Under the pieces are notes generated by a model. It made no database searches, was not told the origin of the DNA, and saw nothing but the letters and a program-made list of their open reading frames with translations. Positions 28,804 to 32,866 of a DNA stretch of 32,866 nt are shown in pieces. Made by a program: the position numbers and the translations under genes. Positions within the stretch are counted from its first letter, which is position 1, and each line of letters opens with the position of its first letter. This DNA comes from Eubacteriales bacterium (GTDB lineage: Bacteria > Bacillota > Clostridia > Oscillospirales > CAG-272), in the NCBI GenBank assembly GCA_051893885.1, contig JBJFHS010000300.1:1-32866 (forward strand), written 5' to 3'.

Positions 28804-29790
28804 ATGGAAAAAACTATCGATATAAAAGAAAATTATATCTGCCAGCTTGACTCAAAATTGCTTTCAGTTCTTCTTCAGGATAAGAGTTCCGGAAAAAACA
28901 TTATTTGGGCAACAGATAATTACGCTGAGCGTGGATTTGGATACCAATGCAGTGATCAAATCACGATAGATAGTATTACACATCGCAACGGCAGTGTAAT
29001 CAAGCCAAGAACTGCAAAATCCAAAAAGGAACAGGCAATCCGTGTCCGCGACAAGGCAGAAGTTTTTACTCCTTCATGGGTGTGCAACAATCAGAACAAT
29101 CTTGTCGACAACGCATGGTTTGGCAGAGAAAATGTTTTTAATACAGAAAACGGGCAAACATGGATTACCACAAAAGATAAAATTACATTTTCAGAAGGTA
29201 AGATATGGAAGGACTATGTAAAAGCCAACCGTATGGAAATCTCCTGTGGTGAGGCTCCCTATCTTGCAAGCCGCTATGATACTGTGACGGGAAAATGGAT
29301 CGAAGTTCAGGATCGAATCGGTATTTTGGATCGTAAAATCCGTGTTATCAACGAAAATGTTGTCAACGAGCAGGACTGGATGAAATGGGTAATAAAAGCC
29401 TTTAAGTCGGTATACGGTTTTGAGTGGCAGGGCGACAGTCTGTTGATTGCCCGTGAAAATTTATTGTTTTCATTTATTGACTATTATACGGATCGATTCA
29501 ACATCACGCCTGTAAAGGAATATCTGATGATAATCGCAAAGATTCTTTCGTGGAACCTTTGGCAGATGGACGGTTTGAAATATGTCATACCGAATTCATG
29601 CAAGGAGTCAGAAAGCTGTCAGCTGTCCATTTTTGAAGATGAAAATAAAACTGAACCCTGTCAGGGTTGCTTAAAAAACAATAATGCACTTCATACCGGG
29701 ATATATTGCCGGATTATGGACTGGAGCTGCGAACATTCCGTAAGATTTATTGACTTGTTTGAGAGGGACGAAAAACATGGAAAAGTTTGA
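28804..29790 (+). CDS. RM-associated methyltransferase-like subunit (SAM-binding portion only)
   Basis: AEVFTPSW (motif X-like), MEISCGEAPY (motif I-like), VYGFEWQ (II-like), WQMDGL (III-like); no NPPY/DPPY; overlaps the next gene by 14 nt. Confidence 0.75.
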   Translation: MEKTIDIKENYICQLDSKLLSVLLQDKSSGKNIIWATDNYAERGFGYQCSDQITIDSITHRNGSVIKPRTAKSKKEQAIRVRDKAEVFTPSWVCNNQNNLVDNAWFGRENVFNTENGQTWITTKDKITFSEGKIWKDYVKANRMEISCGEAPYLASRYDTVTGKWIEVQDRIGILDRKIRVINENVVNEQDWMKWVIKAFKSVYGFEWQGDSLLIARENLLFSFIDYYTDRFNITPVKEYLMIIAKILSWNLWQMDGLKYVIPNSCKESESCQLSIFEDENKTEPCQGCLKNNNALHTGIYCRIMDWSCEHSVRFIDLFERDEKHGKV

Positions 29791-32700
29791 CTGTACCTAT
29801 AAATACAAACTCATATATGTTTTCAGTATGCCATACGATACCCATAAAGGATTTCTGAAAATTGGTGAGGCAACGCTGACAACAAATACAAAGCCTGAAA
29901 ACCTGACTCCGAATTGCCGAGAACTCAATCAAGCCGCCATTGCCCGCATCAAAGGCTATACCGCAACTGCCAGTGTGAACTTCAAACTGGAACACACCGA
30001 GCTTGCTGTTCTGCAAAAGGACGGTTACACCTTTACTTTCAAGGACAAGGATGTACATAAAGTCTTGATGAACTCCGGCGTTCATAAGGTTCAGCCAAAC
30101 GGTGCAACAGGAGAAGAATGGTTTGAGACAACACTGAGTGCAGCGGTCAACGCCATAAAAGCTGTAAAGACGGGCAAATCTACGCTTTCTGCCGCCGAAA
30201 AAACGGGTTCTGAAAAAACAACCGCCAGGATAGACTTTCGCGAAGAACAGGAAAAGGCAATAAAACAAACCATCAATGCCTTCAAGAAAAACGATGAAAT
30301 GCTTTGGTATGCAAAAATGCGTTTTGGCAAGACGCTGACAGCACTTGAAGTTGTGCGCCGCTCACAGTATCGTCGTGTGATTATTGTTACGCATCGCCCG
30401 GTTGTCAGTGACGGCTGGAATACGGATTTCAATAAAATTTTTTATAAAGGTTCCTCTGAACACGAATATTCCTTTGAACTGAAAACCAACGATTCTGCTT
30501 ATACCTTCGATGAAAAGATCGATCTTGAAAACGATCTGAAAATCAGACGTCTCGACAAAGACGGCAGTTATTTTCTCTACTTTGCATCCATTCAGGATTT
30601 ACGCGGTTCAGAACGTGTCGGTGGAAAATTCAATAAAAATAATGCCGTCTTTGACCTGAATTGGGATCTGATCATCGTTGACGAAGCTCATGAAGGCACA
30701 CAGACTGAACTCGGAGACAACGTCATCAGACAGCTTCGCAAAGCACGGACTAAAGTACTGGCTCTTTCCGGGACGCCCTTCAATCTGCTCGATAAATTCG
30801 GCGATGACAATGTTTTTACATGGGACTATGTCATGGAGCAGAAGAAAAAGGATAAGTGGGACGAAGATCATCACGGAGACCACAACCCTTACGCCGATCT
30901 GCCAAAGATGCACATATATACTTATAATCTCGGGGAGAAGCTGAAAAAATATATATCGGATGAATATGATACAAAGGCGTTCAACTTTCGTGAATTCTTC
31001 CGCGTATGGTCGAAGGGACCGCACAGAAAGCGTGAAATTCCGCAAGGTGCCGTTGAGGGCAGTTTTGTGCATGAGGCAGATGTCCGTTCTTTCCTTGATC
31101 TGTTGATAAAAGAGGACCGGGACAGTATATATCCGTTCTCCACCGAAGTTTACCGAAATATGTTCCGCCACACACTCTGGATGGTTCCCGGTGTTAAGGA
31201 GGCACGGGCACTGAGTGAAATGCTTCGCCATCATCCGGTGTTTATGCATTTCGGCATTGCTAACGTTGCCGGAGAGGGCGACACTTATGAAGAAGATCAC
31301 GCCAAAGACGCGCTTGAGCTTGTCCGCTCCACGATTCGCAATAACAAATATTCTATCACACTTTCCTGTGGCAAGCTTACAACGGGTGTGACAGTGCCGG
31401 AGTGGACAGCGGTGCTGATGCTCTCAGGTTCTTATTCCACCGCCGCATCACAATATATGCAGACCATATTCCGCGTGCAGTCGTCAGGATGCATTGATGG
31501 TATGCAAAAAACTGACTGTTACGTTTTCGATTTTGCTCCGGACCGAACTTTGAAAGTGCTGACAGAAACCGTACACCTCTCGCGCAAGCCCGGCAAGAGC
31601 GAAAAGAAGAGACGTGACGCGATGACCGAATTTTTGAACTACTGTCCCGTAATCGCCATTGCCGGTTCCAGAATGACAAAGTACAGTGTCAATTCCATGA
31701 TGGAACAAGTCAAGCAGATTTACGCCGAAAGGGCTGTAAACAGCGGTTTCGAAGACGAATCTATCTATAATGACGAGCTTCTTAAGCTGGACGAAATTGA
31801 TGCTTCAAAATTCAACGAACTCAAGGATATTATAGGTGCGTCCAAGGCGCAGAAAAAAAAGGACAGCGTAGTTATTAATGGTCAGGGACTGACTGATGTA
31901 CAAATTGCGCAGCTTGACGATGGTGATGAAGAACCCGTCAATACCCCGGCACCGCTGACACCCGAGGAAATTGCCGAAAGACAGAAAAAGAAGCAGGCGA
32001 AAGAAGCCCGTAAAAAAGCAATTGATATTCTTCGCGGAATTTCTATCCGTATGCCGCTTTTGATATACGGCGCCGATGTTCCGATTGACGAGGATATTGA
32101 TATTGACCGGGTTGTAGAGCTGGTAGACGACACCTCATGGGATGAATTTATGCCTAAAGGCGTGAGCAAAAAGCTGTTTGCCGACTTTACCAAATACTAT
32201 GACCGCGATGTGTTTATTGCGGCGGGTAAGCGAATCCGTAAACTTGCGGCAGCGGCAGATAAAGAAACAACAACAAATCGCGTGAAGCTGATTGCAGAGA
32301 TTTTCCGCCATTTCAGGAATCCCGATAAGGAAACCGTGCTGACACCGTGGCGTGTGGTCAATATGCACATGAGCGATACATTGGGCGGCTGGTGCTTCTA
32401 TAATGAACAGTTTGAGGATGACACACATGAAGAAAAACACCGTCTGGACGAGCCTCGTTTTGTGGATCGCGGAAAAGTGACGGCAGATGTGTTCCGGGAA
32501 GACACGCGTATTCTTGAAATCAACTCCAAAACGGGATTGTATCCGCTCTATGTTGCCTACAGCGTATATCGTCAGAAGCTGGAGGATACCACAGATGACG
32601 ACTGGGAGCCGGAAGAATTGCAGGCAATGTGGGAAGAAGTTCTCAGAGAAAATATCTATGTCATCTGCAAAACCCCGATGGCAAAACGTATTACCACGCG

Positions 32701-32866
32701 CACACTGGCAGGTTATCACGATAATGTTGTCAACGTCCACAAATTTGACGACCTTGTCAATATGCTGAAAAACAAGCCGGAGCAGTTCAAAAAGAAAATC
32801 CTCAAAGGAAGCTATTGGGGAAAAGAGGTGAAAGAAATGAAGTTCGATGCGATTGTCGGAAATCCG
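29777..32866 (+). CDS. Partial (>1030 aa) nuclease-SF2 helicase-N6-adenine methyltransferase fusion (Type IIG/ISP-like RM enzyme); 3' end outside window
   Basis: My translation from ATG 29777 (GAGAGGG RBS): LIYVF..GFLKIG..ARI..EEWF (GIY-YIG/T5orf172-like), AKMRFGKT (~30311), DEAH (30680), SGTP, LTTGVTVP, QTIFRVQ, then RNPDKETVLTPW, ILEINSKTG and FDAIVGNP in frame at the last bases. Absent from the track, consistent with no stop inside the window. Confidence 0.88.
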   Translation, partial: MEKFDCTYKYKLIYVFSMPYDTHKGFLKIGEATLTTNTKPENLTPNCRELNQAAIARIKGYTATASVNFKLEHTELAVLQKDGYTFTFKDKDVHKVLMNSGVHKVQPNGATGEEWFETTLSAAVNAIKAVKTGKSTLSAAEKTGSEKTTARIDFREEQEKAIKQTINAFKKNDEMLWYAKMRFGKTLTALEVVRRSQYRRVIIVTHRPVVSDGWNTDFNKIFYKGSSEHEYSFELKTNDSAYTFDEKIDLENDLKIRRLDKDGSYFLYFASIQDLRGSERVGGKFNKNNAVFDLNWDLIIVDEAHEGTQTELGDNVIRQLRKARTKVLALSGTPFNLLDKFGDDNVFTWDYVMEQKKKDKWDEDHHGDHNPYADLPKMHIYTYNLGEKLKKYISDEYDTKAFNFREFFRVWSKGPHRKREIPQGAVEGSFVHEADVRSFLDLLIKEDRDSIYPFSTEVYRNMFRHTLWMVPGVKEARALSEMLRHHPVFMHFGIANVAGEGDTYEEDHAKDALELVRSTIRNNKYSITLSCGKLTTGVTVPEWTAVLMLSGSYSTAASQYMQTIFRVQSSGCIDGMQKTDCYVFDFAPDRTLKVLTETVHLSRKPGKSEKKRRDAMTEFLNYCPVIAIAGSRMTKYSVNSMMEQVKQIYAERAVNSGFEDESIYNDELLKLDEIDASKFNELKDIIGASKAQKKKDSVVINGQGLTDVQIAQLDDGDEEPVNTPAPLTPEEIAERQKKKQAKEARKKAIDILRGISIRMPLLIYGADVPIDEDIDIDRVVELVDDTSWDEFMPKGVSKKLFADFTKYYDRDVFIAAGKRIRKLAAAADKETTTNRVKLIAEIFRHFRNPDKETVLTPWRVVNMHMSDTLGGWCFYNEQFEDDTHEEKHRLDEPRFVDRGKVTADVFREDTRILEINSKTGLYPLYVAYSVYRQKLEDTTDDDWEPEELQAMWEEVLRENIYVICKTPMAKRITTRTLAGYHDNVVNVHKFDDLVNMLKNKPEQFKKKILKGSYWGKEVKEMKFDAIVGNP

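Larger units (their letters stand above)
28442..32866. mobile_element. Probable left end of a tRNA-Met-anchored genomic (defence) island
   Basis: Lies directly after the tRNA; visibly AT-richer; paired short direct repeats at 28460-28568; RM-like cargo. No integrase or second att copy within the window. Confidence 0.45.

Noticed and set aside
28662-28850. 62-aa ORF upstream of the RM locus as a controller (C) protein
   Set aside because: TTG start without RBS, no helix-turn-helix pattern, low-complexity AT-rich translation overlapping the real gene start.

Overview
Bacterial chromosomal window; the gene families, sigma70/sigmaA-type promoters and AGGAGG-type RBSs suggest an anaerobic Firmicute (Clostridia-like), which is an inference. 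Bases 1-28.1 kb hold a dense catabolic region: four paralogous URO-D/MtaA-CmuA-fold putative corrinoid methyltransferases (one fused to a CxxC thioredoxin-like domain and followed by a COG0523 GTPase), interleaved with a glycerophosphodiesterase, a Cys-type sulfatase, FucO, a GH95-like enzyme, a beta-helix protein, a beta-propeller glycosidase, GH172, GH2 (LacZ-type), a GH43 lipoprotein, an LGFP-repeat papain-like peptidase, an M24 peptidase, a GNAT, an acyl-CoA synthetase and a radical SAM protein. An AT-rich two-gene cassette at 4.5-5.7 kb contains a frameshifted gene. A tRNA-Leu(UAA)/tRNA-fMet(CAU) operon at 28.2-28.4 kb is followed by a probable island boundary and a two-gene restriction-modification-like locus: a 'half' methyltransferase plus a >1030-aa nuclease-helicase-methyltransferase ORF that runs off the window end and is missing from the supplied ORF track. 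No CRISPR array, rRNA, transposase or integrase is visible. All family calls come from motif reading, not database searches.
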